Assembly: GCA_963666835.2 (NCBI GenBank)
Contig: CAXXGO010000006.1
Location: forward strand, 1,152,001-1,216,000
Source: Phycisphaerae bacterium
GTDB taxonomy: Bacteria > Planctomycetota > Phycisphaerae > UBA1845
Direction: 5' to 3'
Length of the DNA: 64,000 nucleotides
In this document: positions 47,709 through 58,419 of the stretch, piece by piece
How positions within the stretch are numbered: the first letter of the stretch is position 1
Layout: every line of letters starts with the position of its first letter
Program-made: the position numbers and the translations under genes
The notes under the pieces: generated by a model
What the model was told of the DNA's origin: nothing
Seen by the model: the letters and a program-made list of their open reading frames with translations, nothing else
Database searches by the model: none

Positions 47709-49130
47709 ATGGCTCACATTTGTGTTGTGGATGATAAGGAGATCATGCGGGATTCGGTGTCGACCGCCTTGGTTCGCGAGGACCACACGGTTACGGCATT
47801 CGCGGATTCCGTGGAAGCTCTGGCGGCGGTCAAGCGTGGGAGGTTCGATCTGGTTCTGTCGGATCTGAAGATGCCGCGGATGGATGGACTGACCCTAATA
47901 CGGGAGATTCGCGCCGCCGGTAGCGAGACACCCATCATTATGATGACCGCCTTCGCGACCGTCTCGACTGCGGTAGAGGCCATGAAGCTCGGGGCGTACG
48001 ACTACATCCAGAAGCCCTTCGAGGCGGACTCGCTGGCCGTTCTTGTCGAACGGACTCTGGAGCACGCTCGGCTGCGGCGCGACAACGAGGCCCTGCGGGC
48101 GTCGGTGGACGATCTTTCCAAAGGGCGGACCCTGGTCGGCTCCGGGCCGGCGATGACGGAGCTGAGGGCACAGCTCGATCGCGTTGCGGCCAGTCATGCC
48201 ACGGTCATGATTACGGGCGAGTCGGGCACCGGTAAGGAACTGGTCGCGTCCTATCTTCACAAGGGCTCGCCACGGGCGGATCGTCCGATGTTGTGCCTGA
48301 ACTGTGCGGCGCTGTCGGCCAATCTGCTGGAAAGTGAGCTGTTCGGGCATGAACGCGGGGCCTTTACGGGAGCGGACCGGGCCCGGAAGGGGCGTTTTGA
48401 GCTGGCGGACGGCGGGACGCTACTGCTTGATGAGATATCGGAAATGGCTTTACCGCTGCAGGCGAAGCTGCTTCGTGTGCTTCAGGAGGGCGAGTTCGAG
48501 CGGGTCGGCAGCAGTGTGACCCGGCATGCGGACGTTCGCGTGCTGGCTACGACTAACCGCGACTTGGATGCGGCCGTGTCGCGTAAGCAGTTTCGCGCGG
48601 ATCTCTACTATCGGCTTAACGTCTTGCCGGTGCGAGTGCCGCCGTTGCGGGAGCGAACCGAGGATATTCCCGAGTTGGCCGAGCACTTCCTGGAGCACGC
48701 CGCCCGGCAGGACGGGGCTCGCGCGGCGATGCGTATCGCACCGGATGCGGTCCAGTTGCTGATGGACTACTCGTGGCCCGGCAACGTGCGGGAGCTGGAA
48801 AACCTGTGTCGTCGCGCGGCGACATTGGGGGCTACCGACACGATTGCCTCGGAGCTGCTTCAGCCTTGGTTGCACCCGACGGCGCCCGACTCCGCCGGTT
48901 TCGGGCAGCTTCGTGACGGTCGGTTGCTTCAGGATATGGAGCGGAAGCTGATCGAACGAACTCTGGCGAGATTCGGCGGCCACCGCGCGAAGTCGGCGAA
49001 GGCCCTGGGGATGGGTATTCGAACGCTGGGTATGAAGCTCAAGCAATGGCGAGAGGAGGATGCCGCGAACCAGTCGCTCATGGTCGGGGCCGGTGCGCGG
49101 GAATGCGCCGGTGTGGCTTGCCGCGGGTAG
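47709..49130 (+). CDS. sigma54-dependent response regulator (FlgR/FleR-like)
   Basis: Receiver domain, GESGTGKE, GAFTGA, WPGNVREL, HTH. Confidence 0.95.
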   Translation: MAHICVVDDKEIMRDSVSTALVREDHTVTAFADSVEALAAVKRGRFDLVLSDLKMPRMDGLTLIREIRAAGSETPIIMMTAFATVSTAVEAMKLGAYDYIQKPFEADSLAVLVERTLEHARLRRDNEALRASVDDLSKGRTLVGSGPAMTELRAQLDRVAASHATVMITGESGTGKELVASYLHKGSPRADRPMLCLNCAALSANLLESELFGHERGAFTGADRARKGRFELADGGTLLLDEISEMALPLQAKLLRVLQEGEFERVGSSVTRHADVRVLATTNRDLDAAVSRKQFRADLYYRLNVLPVRVPPLRERTEDIPELAEHFLEHAARQDGARAAMRIAPDAVQLLMDYSWPGNVRELENLCRRAATLGATDTIASELLQPWLHPTAPDSAGFGQLRDGRLLQDMERKLIERTLARFGGHRAKSAKALGMGIRTLGMKLKQWREEDAANQSLMVGAGARECAGVACRG

Positions 49131-49331
49131 TGGTACGTCACACGTAGGTTTTCGGGTGTGCCACTGCTCTTGAGCAGTGCAGGGATAGGACACGGTGCGG
49201 ATTGGCCCCGAACCTCTACGTGTGACAAAGTACCAGGAGGATTAGCGCAATAACGGCCGATGCGCAAAAACTGCCCTGCTGCGCGAGTCTGAATCGCGGT
49301 TGAGGGTACTGAGAATCGGGTCCGGCGAACG

Positions 49332-49347
49332 TGGTACACCGGATGCA
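49332..49347 (+). promoter_or_regulatory. sigma54 -24/-12 promoter of flgB
   Basis: TGGTACACCGGATGCA, GG-N10-GC spacing. Confidence 0.7.
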
Positions 49348-49426
49348 AAGGGGGCTTTGCCCGACGTCGCGTCCGGAGAGCGGACTAGGCCGGGTCGAGC
49401 CGCTGCTGGCGGAACGAGAGGTACTG

Positions 49427-49864
49427 ATGTTTATCTCGAACATCACTGACCGGGGAGCGACGCCCGCGTTGGTAAAGACGATGGCGTTCAACGAGGCTCG
49501 GCTGAAGATGATCGCCGAGAACATCGCCAACGCCGAGACGCCGGGGTATCGCACGAAGCAACTGGATGCCCGGGCCTTTCAGGCGGCGCTCCGCGATGCT
49601 CTGGAAGCCAGGGGCAGCGATCCGAACAAGCCGTTTGTGGTGCAGGCGGGCGACGAGGTGACGACGGACCAGCAGGGATTTCTGAAAGTGACGCCGACCG
49701 ACAAGCCGGTGGAGAACATCCTGTTCCACGACGGCACCAATATGTCGATTGAGCGGCAGATGGCGGCGTTGGCCGAGACGGGCATGACGCATGAACTGAT
49801 GACTTCGCTTTTGCGGGATCGGTTCGAAGGTCTCCGCAAGGCGATTAGAGGTAGCGGCGGCTAA
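49427..49864 (+). CDS. flgB: basal-body rod protein FlgB
   Basis: IAENIANAETPGY, DGTN..IE.QM. Confidence 0.92.
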   Translation: MFISNITDRGATPALVKTMAFNEARLKMIAENIANAETPGYRTKQLDARAFQAALRDALEARGSDPNKPFVVQAGDEVTTDQQGFLKVTPTDKPVENILFHDGTNMSIERQMAALAETGMTHELMTSLLRDRFEGLRKAIRGSGG

Positions 49865-50283
49865 TGTACGGAGCACTGGATACTGCTACGTCTGCGTTAG
49901 TAGCGCAGCGGACTAACCTCGATGTGATTGCCGGTAACATCGGGATGAAGGAGTCCTACCGCATGGAGGGGGACGAGGCGATGCCCTTCCGCCGGCGGGT
50001 GGCTTTGTTCGCGCCGGGGCACCCTTCAGACCCGCAAGGTAAGCCGGGGGTGCGGGTAGCGGACATAGTCGAGGACCCGACCCCGTTTGAGCTGCGCTGG
50101 GCACCGGACGACCCGCACGCGATCAAGAGTGGTCCGCAGGCCGGGTATGTGCGTCTTTCCAACGTGGACTATCACACGGAGATGGTCAATGCGATGGTGG
50201 CGGCGCGGGCGTACGAGGCGAACATAACCGTGATGGAAATGACTAAGTCGATGGCGAAAACGACGCTACGGCTTATTGCTTAA
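49864..50283 (+). CDS. flgC: basal-body rod protein FlgC
   Basis: GYV..SNVD...EMVN...A.RAYEAN. Confidence 0.93.
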   Translation: MYGALDTATSALVAQRTNLDVIAGNIGMKESYRMEGDEAMPFRRRVALFAPGHPSDPQGKPGVRVADIVEDPTPFELRWAPDDPHAIKSGPQAGYVRLSNVDYHTEMVNAMVAARAYEANITVMEMTKSMAKTTLRLIA

Positions 50284-50310
50284 AGGTGAACGCGGCGAGG
50301 AGCGAAACCG

Positions 50311-50622
50311 ATGTCGGACCCGATTCAGTTTCCCGGCTCGATTGCCCCGGTGAGTTCTGCCACAGGTGCGTCGCAGGTGAATGCGGCAGAGGCGCCCAAG
50401 GGGCGGGACTTCAAGACGATCCTGATGGAGAGCCTCGACGAAGTGAACCGGCTGCAAACCGAGGCGGATGCCGGGGTGCAACGGCTGGTGACCGGCGAGA
50501 CGGACAACGTTGCGGAGGTTCTCACGGCCGTGAACAAGGCCGGAGTGGCGTTTGACCTGCTGATGGAGGTTCGCAACAAGCTGACGGACGCTTATCGCGA
50601 CATCCAACAGATGAGGGTCTAG
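50311..50622 (+). CDS. fliE: hook-basal body protein FliE
   Basis: EVRNKL.DAY.DI..M.V. Confidence 0.95.
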   Translation: MSDPIQFPGSIAPVSSATGASQVNAAEAPKGRDFKTILMESLDEVNRLQTEADAGVQRLVTGETDNVAEVLTAVNKAGVAFDLLMEVRNKLTDAYRDIQQMRV

Positions 50623-50784
50623 GCCGGCGGTCCCGGCACCCTCGACCCGGCAACAGGGCACCACAACCGGGCGGCAAGTAACGGATCGGACATGGAGGTC
50701 CGATCTGCCGTCCGCTTTAGTTCGGAGAACGAGTCGCCCGGCCGCCCGCGCGAATGCCGGCCGGCGTTAAGAGGATAACCGATC

Positions 50785-52470
50785 ATGGATCGGCTTCGTC
50801 AACTTACGGCCTACATTGCTGCGCAGATGAGTGTGCTGACCGTGTCACAACGGCTGGCGATCGGGCTTTGCGCGGCGTTGATTGCGGGTTCGCTGCTCTG
50901 GTTACTGCAATGGTCGACCACTCCGGAGCTGGTACCGCTGGTGACGACAGAGCTGTCGTACGACGACGTGACCGCGGCGGAACAGGCGCTGAACGCCGGC
51001 GGTGTTTTCTACGAGACGGTCGGTACGAGAATTCTCGTTCGCCCCGCGGATCGGCATAACGCGCTGCGTATCGTTCATTCGGCAAACGCGCTCCCGGAAG
51101 GGAGTCTGTTCGATATGCAGGCGGTAGTCAGCGATCAGAACCCCTTCTTGGCTCCCGAAGCTCGCAAATTCGCGCAGACGTATGCCAAGGGAAACGAGCT
51201 GGCCAAGGTCATTGCCACATATCCGTTTGTCAAAAGTGCGTCGGTGTTGATTCAGGATCGCGAAAAGAGGCGGATCGGCGGTTCTTCGCATAGTCCTACG
51301 GCTTCCGTAGTGGTGAGGCTGGCGGCGGGCAAGGAAATGGGCGCGGGGATGATCGAGGGGTTTGCGAAGCTGGTCGCCGGGGCGGTCGCCGGGCTCCAAC
51401 CGCACAACGTCAACATTACCGATTCGAGCACCGGGCGGTCCTACAGCATGCCTCACCCGGATGACGCGATGAGCGTGGATTACCTTGATCGCGTCAAGAA
51501 GCACGAAGCTCATCTGCTTCAGAAAATCAGGGACAAACTTGCGGACATTCCCGGTCTTCTCGCGTCGGTGACCGTCGAGCTTGAGACGAGCAAACGGGTC
51601 ACGACGAAGGTCAAGCACGCCTCGGCGCAACCCAAAAGCGAGTCGGAGCAGAACAGCGAGTCGTCTTCCGGTAACCAGCCGACGGAACCCGGAGTCCAAG
51701 CGAATCTGGGCCAAGCCCTCACCGCCGGAGGGAGCTCGCAGACGATGACCACGGGCGATACCAAGACGGAATACTTCGAGCCGAAGATGAGCGAGACCGA
51801 GACGGTCGAGCAGATACCGTTTGTTATGAAACACGCGACCGCGGCCGTGAGTATCCCGCGGAGTTTCATCGTCGGCGTGTTCACGGCCCAGCATCCGGAC
51901 CAGCCGGGTCCCAAAGACGACGACGCCAGTTTCGTGGCGGTCCGCGATGCGCAGGTTGCTCGAGTCAAGGCGAGCGTGGAACGAATCGTCATGGCCAAGG
52001 ACCCGGATGATGTCGAGGTCGACGTCTATCCGGACATGGAGTGGAGCCCGGATGAGCGCCGTTGGATTTCAGGGGATGGCGGGATCGCTATGGCGACCGA
52101 AGAAGCCGGGGCTCTCGATGCTTTCGGCCTGGCACGCACCTACGGACCCCAAGTGGGTCTGCTGGTTTTGGCCATGATGAGCCTGTTCATGATGACGCGC
52201 CTGGTGCGCAGGTCCGCGGAGATCACGGGGAGGGAGCGAGCCCGGGTCTTGGCCGAAACGGAGCCGGAGGAGTTGGAGGGAGGCATTCTCTCCGTAGGTC
52301 CGCAGGCCATCGGCGAGGCGGGTCTGTCGGATAGTCTGTTGACCGGTAAGGAAGTCGACGGCGAGACGCTCCGGTACAAGGAGCTCGGATCGGAGGTGGC
52401 CAAGATGGTTGAGGGCGACCCCGAGGCGGCCGCCGAGTTGATTCGACGTTGGGTGGAAGATATGGGGTAA
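50785..52470 (+). CDS. fliF: MS-ring protein FliF
   Basis: Two TMs, PTASV, LVAGAV.GL, AA.LIR.W; located between fliE and fliG. Confidence 0.9.
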   Translation: MDRLRQLTAYIAAQMSVLTVSQRLAIGLCAALIAGSLLWLLQWSTTPELVPLVTTELSYDDVTAAEQALNAGGVFYETVGTRILVRPADRHNALRIVHSANALPEGSLFDMQAVVSDQNPFLAPEARKFAQTYAKGNELAKVIATYPFVKSASVLIQDREKRRIGGSSHSPTASVVVRLAAGKEMGAGMIEGFAKLVAGAVAGLQPHNVNITDSSTGRSYSMPHPDDAMSVDYLDRVKKHEAHLLQKIRDKLADIPGLLASVTVELETSKRVTTKVKHASAQPKSESEQNSESSSGNQPTEPGVQANLGQALTAGGSSQTMTTGDTKTEYFEPKMSETETVEQIPFVMKHATAAVSIPRSFIVGVFTAQHPDQPGPKDDDASFVAVRDAQVARVKASVERIVMAKDPDDVEVDVYPDMEWSPDERRWISGDGGIAMATEEAGALDAFGLARTYGPQVGLLVLAMMSLFMMTRLVRRSAEITGRERARVLAETEPEELEGGILSVGPQAIGEAGLSDSLLTGKEVDGETLRYKELGSEVAKMVEGDPEAAAELIRRWVEDMG

Positions 52471-52559
52471 ACCACTGTGGTTCCCTCGGGCGAGCTTCGT
52501 TGCCCGGGAGTGTCGGGTAATTGACACCGCGCGATGCGGATATCGATAGGACGGCCGAA

Positions 52560-53600
52560 ATGGCGGGTAAACCACAAGGCGACTCGGGTGACGGACCCCC
52601 TCCTCTGCGAGGTATAACCAAAGCGGCGATCTTACTTCTGGCGTTGGGGCGGGATACTTCCGCGACCGTAATGCGGCAGTTGAACCAGGACATCGTCGAA
52701 GAGATCACGCGGGAGATAGCCCACCTCGATCAGGTTGATGTTGTAGAGCAGGGCCGGGTAGTGGAGGAGTTCTACAATCTTGCCCTTGCGACCCAGTACG
52801 CGCAGTCGGGCGGAGTGCTCTACGCGCGAAACCTGTTGGAGAAGGTCCTGCCGCCGGACCAAGCCGCCCGGATCATTCGGGTAATCGAGACTCAGGTCCA
52901 CAAGCGGCCGTTTTCGTTCTTGGCCAAGACCGATTCCGAGAACCTGATGACGTTTATCCAGGACGAGCATCCGCAGACTATCGCATTGATTATGTCTCAC
53001 CTGACGAGTGGGAAGGCCGGCGAGATTCTGGCCGGTCTATCCGCCAGCAAACAGGTCGAGGTCGTCTCTCGCATAGCTCACATGGAGAACACCAACCCGG
53101 AGGTAATCAAGGAAGTCGAGCAGGGGTTGGAGATGCGGCTCTCCGGTGTGGTATCGCAGACGTTCCAGAAGGTCGGTGGGGTCGAGTCGGTGGCCGAGAT
53201 GTTGAACCTGGCGGACCGCAGCACCGAGAAGGCCATCATGGAGGCACTCGAAGCTCAGGATCCGGATTTGGTGGAAGAGATTCGGCGACTGATGTTCATC
53301 TTCGAGGACATCATGCTCGTAAACGACAAGGGTATCCAACTCGTCCTCAAGGAGATCGAGAACGAAGATCTGGCGTTGGCCCTCAAGACCGCCAGCGAGG
53401 AACTGCACGAGAAGATCTTCCGGAACATGTCTGAACGGGCGGCGGAGATGATCCGGGAGGACATGGAGTATATGGGTCCGGTTCGCGTCAGTGACGTGGA
53501 GGCGGCTCAGCAGAAGATCGTCGATGTGGTCCGCCGGCTCGAGGACGCGGGCGAGATCATCATCTCCGGACGCGGCGGCGAGAAGGAAATGATCGTATGA
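52560..53600 (+). CDS. fliG: motor switch protein FliG
   Basis: KAAILL, EHPQTIA, MF.FED, GPVR.SDVE.AQ. Confidence 0.97.
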   Translation: MAGKPQGDSGDGPPPLRGITKAAILLLALGRDTSATVMRQLNQDIVEEITREIAHLDQVDVVEQGRVVEEFYNLALATQYAQSGGVLYARNLLEKVLPPDQAARIIRVIETQVHKRPFSFLAKTDSENLMTFIQDEHPQTIALIMSHLTSGKAGEILAGLSASKQVEVVSRIAHMENTNPEVIKEVEQGLEMRLSGVVSQTFQKVGGVESVAEMLNLADRSTEKAIMEALEAQDPDLVEEIRRLMFIFEDIMLVNDKGIQLVLKEIENEDLALALKTASEELHEKIFRNMSERAAEMIREDMEYMGPVRVSDVEAAQQKIVDVVRRLEDAGEIIISGRGGEKEMIV

Positions 53601-53664
53601 TCGAGTTCGCCCGCGCAGCTTGCCGTCCTAAAGGAACGTATCGCCGCCGGGTAGAGGGGGCACG

Positions 53665-54378
53665 ATGGGCACGGTGATCAAAGTCGGCGAATCGGGGCCG
53701 GTTCTCGCACGGTTGTCCACCGTGGATCTGGCCGACCATCTGGCAGAAGCCCAGGCGGTTATCGACGAGGCGCACCGTCGGGCGGCGCAGATCACCGGCC
53801 AAGCCGAACGCGATGCCGAGCGCCAGAAGCGCGAGGCTCGCGAGGCGGGGTTCAAGGAGGGTTATGAGGAAGGCCGGCGTGAGGGGACGCTGGCCGGATG
53901 CCGGGAAGGGTTAGAAAAGTCGCTGAGGCACTATGAGGAAGAGAATGCCAAGATTGTGTCGGTGATGGAGCAGGCCATCGCCGGGGTCGAGGCCGACAAG
54001 GAGGAGCTCCGGGTGGCCGCGGAACGAGACCTGCTCGATTTCGCGGTGGCGGTGGCTCGCCGGCTCACCTTCGAGATAGGCCGGCTTGATAACGAGGCTG
54101 CGAAAGCCAACCTGCAGCGGGCTATTCGACTGGTCGAATCCCGAACCGATCTGACCATCAGGGTTCATCCGGATGACCTGGCGGCGATCGAGACTTTCGC
54201 CGCGGCGGTCCTGCGGCCGGCGGGAGATACGGTGAATACGAAGGTGGTGGCGGATGACACCTTGGCCCGCGGCGGGTGCATGGTCAGCAGCGGCGATACG
54301 GAAGTAGATGCCACGCTTGAGACACAGATAGACGAGATGGTCGGGCTGCTGCTCGGGAGGAGAGCGACGGATGTTTGA
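53665..54378 (+). CDS. fliH: export protein FliH
   Basis: GxxxG repeats, VHP.D, GGC. Confidence 0.88.
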   Translation: MGTVIKVGESGPVLARLSTVDLADHLAEAQAVIDEAHRRAAQITGQAERDAERQKREAREAGFKEGYEEGRREGTLAGCREGLEKSLRHYEEENAKIVSVMEQAIAGVEADKEELRVAAERDLLDFAVAVARRLTFEIGRLDNEAAKANLQRAIRLVESRTDLTIRVHPDDLAAIETFAAAVLRPAGDTVNTKVVADDTLARGGCMVSSGDTEVDATLETQIDEMVGLLLGRRATDV

Positions 54379-55744
54379 CCTCTTCTCCAACCATCGCTCG
54401 CTGATCGAGGAAGCGGACTTCATCCGGACCACCGGGCGGGTGGTAGAGGTAGTCGGGCTAACCGTCGTGGCCGAGGGACTGGCGCTTCCGGTGGGCACCC
54501 TTTGTCGGGTCCAGCCGCGGGGCTCGGCGGCGATGGCGGCACAGGTGGTGGGTATCCGGGGGCATCAGGCGGTTCTCATGACCCTGCAAGAGCCGCTGGG
54601 CGTGGCCGTGGGCGACGCGGTGACCAGCACTCCGGGGTTGCAACGGGTGCCGGTCGGGCGGCAGATGCTCGGCGCGGTGCTCGACGGTCTGGGGCGCCCC
54701 ATCGACGGGAAAAGGGATTATGTGATTGAGGCGCATTATCCGGTGTATCGCGCCGCGCCGCCGGCGCTGACGCGGACACCGATTGAACAACCGTTGTCAA
54801 CGGGGATTCGCGCCATCGACGCGCTGCACACGGTGGGGGGTGGCCAGCGTCTGGGTATCTTCGCCGGAACGGGGGTGGGCAAGAGCGTCTTGCTCGGCAT
54901 GATCGCCCGGTACACGAAGGCGGATGTCACCGTTGTGGCGCTGATCGGTGAACGTGGTCGCGAAGTAGGCGATTTCATTCGTAAGGACCTGGGCGAGGAG
55001 GGGTGTAAGCGGGTCGTGCTGGTGGTGTCGACTTCCGACGAGTCGCCGGTTTTGAGGGTGCGCGGCGGGTTCGTCGCCACCGCAGTGGCGGAGTACTTCC
55101 GCGACCAGGGCAAAGACGTCTTGTTATTGATGGACTCTACGACGCGTATGGCGATGGCCCAGCGGCAGATCGGGTTGTCCGCGGGCGAACCGCCGACCAC
55201 CAAGGGCTATCCGCCGAGCGTGTTCGGGTTGCTTCCCAAACTGCTCGAGCGCAGCGGGCGGACCGCGGCGGGGAGTATCACCGGGCTCTATACGGTGCTT
55301 GTCGAGGGTGACGATATTACCGAGCCGATCTCGGATGCGGTGCGCGGGACCTTGGACGGTCATATCTGGCTGTCGCGCGATCTGGCCAACCGCGGGCATT
55401 ACCCGGCGATCTCCGTGCTGGAGAGCATCAGCCGGGTGATGGTGGACGTTGTGGACCAGGAGCATCTGGAGGCGGCCGGCGAGCTACGACGCGTCTTGGC
55501 GGTGTGGAACGACATTGAGGATCTGGTCAACGTCGGCGCGTATGCGGCGGGCACGAACGTCGAGTTTGACGTGGCCGTTCGAATGAAGCCGGCGATCGAT
55601 GCCTTCCTGCAACAGGCGATTGCCGAGCCCGCCGATTACGGCGAATCGCGGAAGATTTTGCTCGAGGCGGCGGAGGCAATCAGGGGTTTGCGAACCAAGT
55701 TGTCGGCGGGACGGGCATCCGGGGCGGTCGCCGCGGCGTCCTAA
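54371..55744 (+). CDS. fliI: flagellar export ATPase FliI
   Basis: GTGVGKS, GERGRE, GEPP..KGYPPS, GSIT. Confidence 0.95.
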   Translation: MFDLFSNHRSLIEEADFIRTTGRVVEVVGLTVVAEGLALPVGTLCRVQPRGSAAMAAQVVGIRGHQAVLMTLQEPLGVAVGDAVTSTPGLQRVPVGRQMLGAVLDGLGRPIDGKRDYVIEAHYPVYRAAPPALTRTPIEQPLSTGIRAIDALHTVGGGQRLGIFAGTGVGKSVLLGMIARYTKADVTVVALIGERGREVGDFIRKDLGEEGCKRVVLVVSTSDESPVLRVRGGFVATAVAEYFRDQGKDVLLLMDSTTRMAMAQRQIGLSAGEPPTTKGYPPSVFGLLPKLLERSGRTAAGSITGLYTVLVEGDDITEPISDAVRGTLDGHIWLSRDLANRGHYPAISVLESISRVMVDVVDQEHLEAAGELRRVLAVWNDIEDLVNVGAYAAGTNVEFDVAVRMKPAIDAFLQQAIAEPADYGESRKILLEAAEAIRGLRTKLSAGRASGAVAAAS

Positions 55745-55843
55745 TGGGCGGTTCGCGTTATCAGCAGAGGGCGGCAACGCCGGGGATGTAGACGGGAGTG
55801 AGTCAGATGGATCGCGGGGCGGTTCTCGATTCGGATTGAGTTG

Positions 55844-56323
55844 ATGGCGAAGAAGTTCCGATTCACGCTTGACGTTGTCCGGAGGATCCGGCAGCAGGCC
55901 CAGAACGCGCAGAAGCGGGTCGTGGCCGATGCTGTTCGGGCGGTGGCGACGACGCAGGAGCAGATCAGCCGGACGACCCGCGAGTTGAAAGACACCATCG
56001 ACCACTCCCGCAGCTTTCGGGATGTCGCGCGGCCCGACTTGGCATTGCTCCGGGGCAACCAGGTGTATCGGGGATACTTGCACCGGCGAATTCTCGAGTC
56101 TCAGGAAGAGCTGGCCGCGCGGAAGAAGAAGCTGGCAGATGAACGCAAGACGCTCGCCGAGACCACGAAGCAGTTGAAGGTTATCGAGAAGCTCCGCGAG
56201 AAACGTTGGATGCGGTATTTGGCCGAGGTCCGGCGCGAGGAACAGGCCGGTTACGACGAGTCCGCGGCGCAGAGCTACATGCGCAAACGCGCGGTCCAGC
56301 GCGATGAGGCGCGGAGGGCATGA
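55844..56323 (+). CDS. fliJ: export protein FliJ
   Basis: KF.F.L..V...R, EKLRE, EQ...DE. Confidence 0.85.
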   Translation: MAKKFRFTLDVVRRIRQQAQNAQKRVVADAVRAVATTQEQISRTTRELKDTIDHSRSFRDVARPDLALLRGNQVYRGYLHRRILESQEELAARKKKLADERKTLAETTKQLKVIEKLREKRWMRYLAEVRREEQAGYDESAAQSYMRKRAVQRDEARRA

Positions 56324-57012
56324 TGAACTCCTCACTGCTCAAAAAGACATACGACGGGATAGCGTTGTTCGCCGTCCTCAATCTTCTGGTGATTGGCGGT
56401 CTTGGGGCTTACCTGATTGGTTCCGGAGCGCTCAACGGGCCGGCCCTAAAGAGAGTGGCTGCGGCGCTGCGCGAGGAAGAAGCAGAAGAGGGCGAAGGAA
56501 ACGAAGTGCCGGTTGCGGGAGAGGGGCAGGAATCGGCGGGTGAGCAAATGGCGGCGGCCGCGCCGCAGGGCGCTGCTGCTGCTGATGGCGGCCCGAACCT
56601 GGAGATCATGCGGCAGGAGGCGGATCGCATTAAGGAAGAGCTCCGGCAGAGGTTGGCGTTGAACAACGGGATTCTCCTGCGGATTACGACGGAACGCGAG
56701 AACTTCCGCAAAGAGCGCGAAGCGGCTGTCAGAGAAGACCAGGTCGATCGCGAGCAGACTGAGCAAGTGGGTTTCGCCAAACAGGTTGAGATCCTCGAGA
56801 ACCTCAAGCCGGCGACGGCTGTAGAGCACCTTCTGGCCATTGGTGATTCGGATGAGATCGCGCGGATGTTGTTGGAGATGGAAACGCGCAAGGCCAAGAA
56901 GATCGTAGAGGCCGCCAAACAGCCCGACCAGATGGAACAGATGAAGTTGGCATTGCAGCGGCTGCGGGAGGTTGCCCCGAGTCGCTCGGACGAACTGGCT
57001 ACAGGAGAATGA
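56320..57012 (+). CDS. MotE/FlbB-like flagellar protein
   Basis: TM, coiled coil, MgtE-N-like C-terminus; between fliJ and fliK. Confidence 0.6.
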   Translation: MMNSSLLKKTYDGIALFAVLNLLVIGGLGAYLIGSGALNGPALKRVAAALREEEAEEGEGNEVPVAGEGQESAGEQMAAAAPQGAAAADGGPNLEIMRQEADRIKEELRQRLALNNGILLRITTERENFRKEREAAVREDQVDREQTEQVGFAKQVEILENLKPATAVEHLLAIGDSDEIARMLLEMETRKAKKIVEAAKQPDQMEQMKLALQRLREVAPSRSDELATGE

Positions 57013-58337
57013 CCATCGAACCGGTGGCAGGATCATCTTTGACTGTCCGAAACGCTGCGTCGGCGGTGGACCGGACCTCGAGCAGGGAATCTGATTCAGG
57101 CTCGCTCGGTGAGGGCGGTACGGCCGCGCCGTTGGGGGTCCTGTTCGATGCCTTGTTGAGCGCGCAACGGATCTCGCTGCGTGGATCGAGTAGTCGCGGT
57201 CGGGCGTCGGCATCGCAGATGTTCGAGCCCGCGGCAAGCGGCGCCCGCGAACACCGCCGGACAACCATGGCGGCCGAGGATCGGGCCGATCGATTAGCCC
57301 GATCCCAACCGGAGCGTATGGATACGACGAGCGTAAGGGCTCGCAGCGCCAAGCAGGGCGCCGGCGCGGGCGATTGTGTTGCCAAGGAGTCGTCAGAGCT
57401 TTCCGGGCGGGGCAATCTGTCCCGGGAGGCGAGCCGGTCGAAGCTCGGGACCGCTGGCACCGGGTCTTCACTGCAATCTTCGAACCCGGCAGCTCTTCGG
57501 GGAGATGCCACAGCGTCGTCATCCAGTGATGTGCTCGGCAGCGTGGCGAGTCGCTCAGATGCTGGAACCCGCGGGTCGCGCGAACCGGCCATGATGGGAT
57601 TGCAGACGGCTGCCGCTGTGCCGCAGATGGTGTCCACCGGCGCGGCTGAACGAGTTGGGACCAACGGGCGGGCGGACGGGGCGGTCGCGCGACATGTGGC
57701 GGAGATCCTCAGCTCCGGGCGGATTGCGGAACCGGAGTCTGCCCGAGCCGCGGGGTTGCCGGCGGCCGGTGACAGTCGCGAGGCGTCAGCCGAACGCAAG
57801 AGCGCGCAAGAGGCTGCCGGGCGCCAGACGTCGGGTGAAACCAACTCCAAGGCTGCGGGCGGCGGCGCCAAGACCGCTCCCACCGAGTTTGACGAACTGA
57901 TCCGTGCGATTCGCCTTCGCGGCGGAACGCGAAACTCCTCGGCGCGGCTGTATCTGGAGCCGCCGGAACTGGGCCGGGTGCAGATCGACGTGCGTATGAG
58001 CGGAGACGACATCAGGATCGCAGTCCGCGCTGAAACCGTGGAAGCCCGGAAACTTCTAACGCAACGCGCCTCGGCGCTCACCACGGCGCTCGAGCGGAGC
58101 GGCATCAACGTAGAACAGTTGGACGTGGTTGTAGATTCGGACCCCAAAGGCGAGGCAGGGGTGAGCGAACGCGAGAATGCGGATGTGGCCGGCGGGTCCG
58201 GCAGTGAGCAACGATCGCCGGCCGAAGTCCGGTCTTCAGACCGGGTGCCGGATGATCGGGTCGAACAGTTGGTGGGGATGGAGAGTGACTCCTCTCCGGC
58301 AGTCGTGGCGGAGACTCGACTGGACATCAGAGCCTGA
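57009..58337 (+). CDS. fliK: hook-length control protein FliK
   Basis: L.PPELG.V motif after a low-complexity N-terminus. Confidence 0.85.
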   Translation: MTIEPVAGSSLTVRNAASAVDRTSSRESDSGSLGEGGTAAPLGVLFDALLSAQRISLRGSSSRGRASASQMFEPAASGAREHRRTTMAAEDRADRLARSQPERMDTTSVRARSAKQGAGAGDCVAKESSELSGRGNLSREASRSKLGTAGTGSSLQSSNPAALRGDATASSSSDVLGSVASRSDAGTRGSREPAMMGLQTAAAVPQMVSTGAAERVGTNGRADGAVARHVAEILSSGRIAEPESARAAGLPAAGDSREASAERKSAQEAAGRQTSGETNSKAAGGGAKTAPTEFDELIRAIRLRGGTRNSSARLYLEPPELGRVQIDVRMSGDDIRIAVRAETVEARKLLTQRASALTTALERSGINVEQLDVVVDSDPKGEAGVSERENADVAGGSGSEQRSPAEVRSSDRVPDDRVEQLVGMESDSSPAVVAETRLDIRA

Positions 58338-58419
58338 CCCTTCGCGGGGCGGCCGTAGTCTGACATGGGCTGATTCGGCGGAGCCGGGTTGGTCCTGGTG
58401 GCTTCCAAGGAGAACCGAT

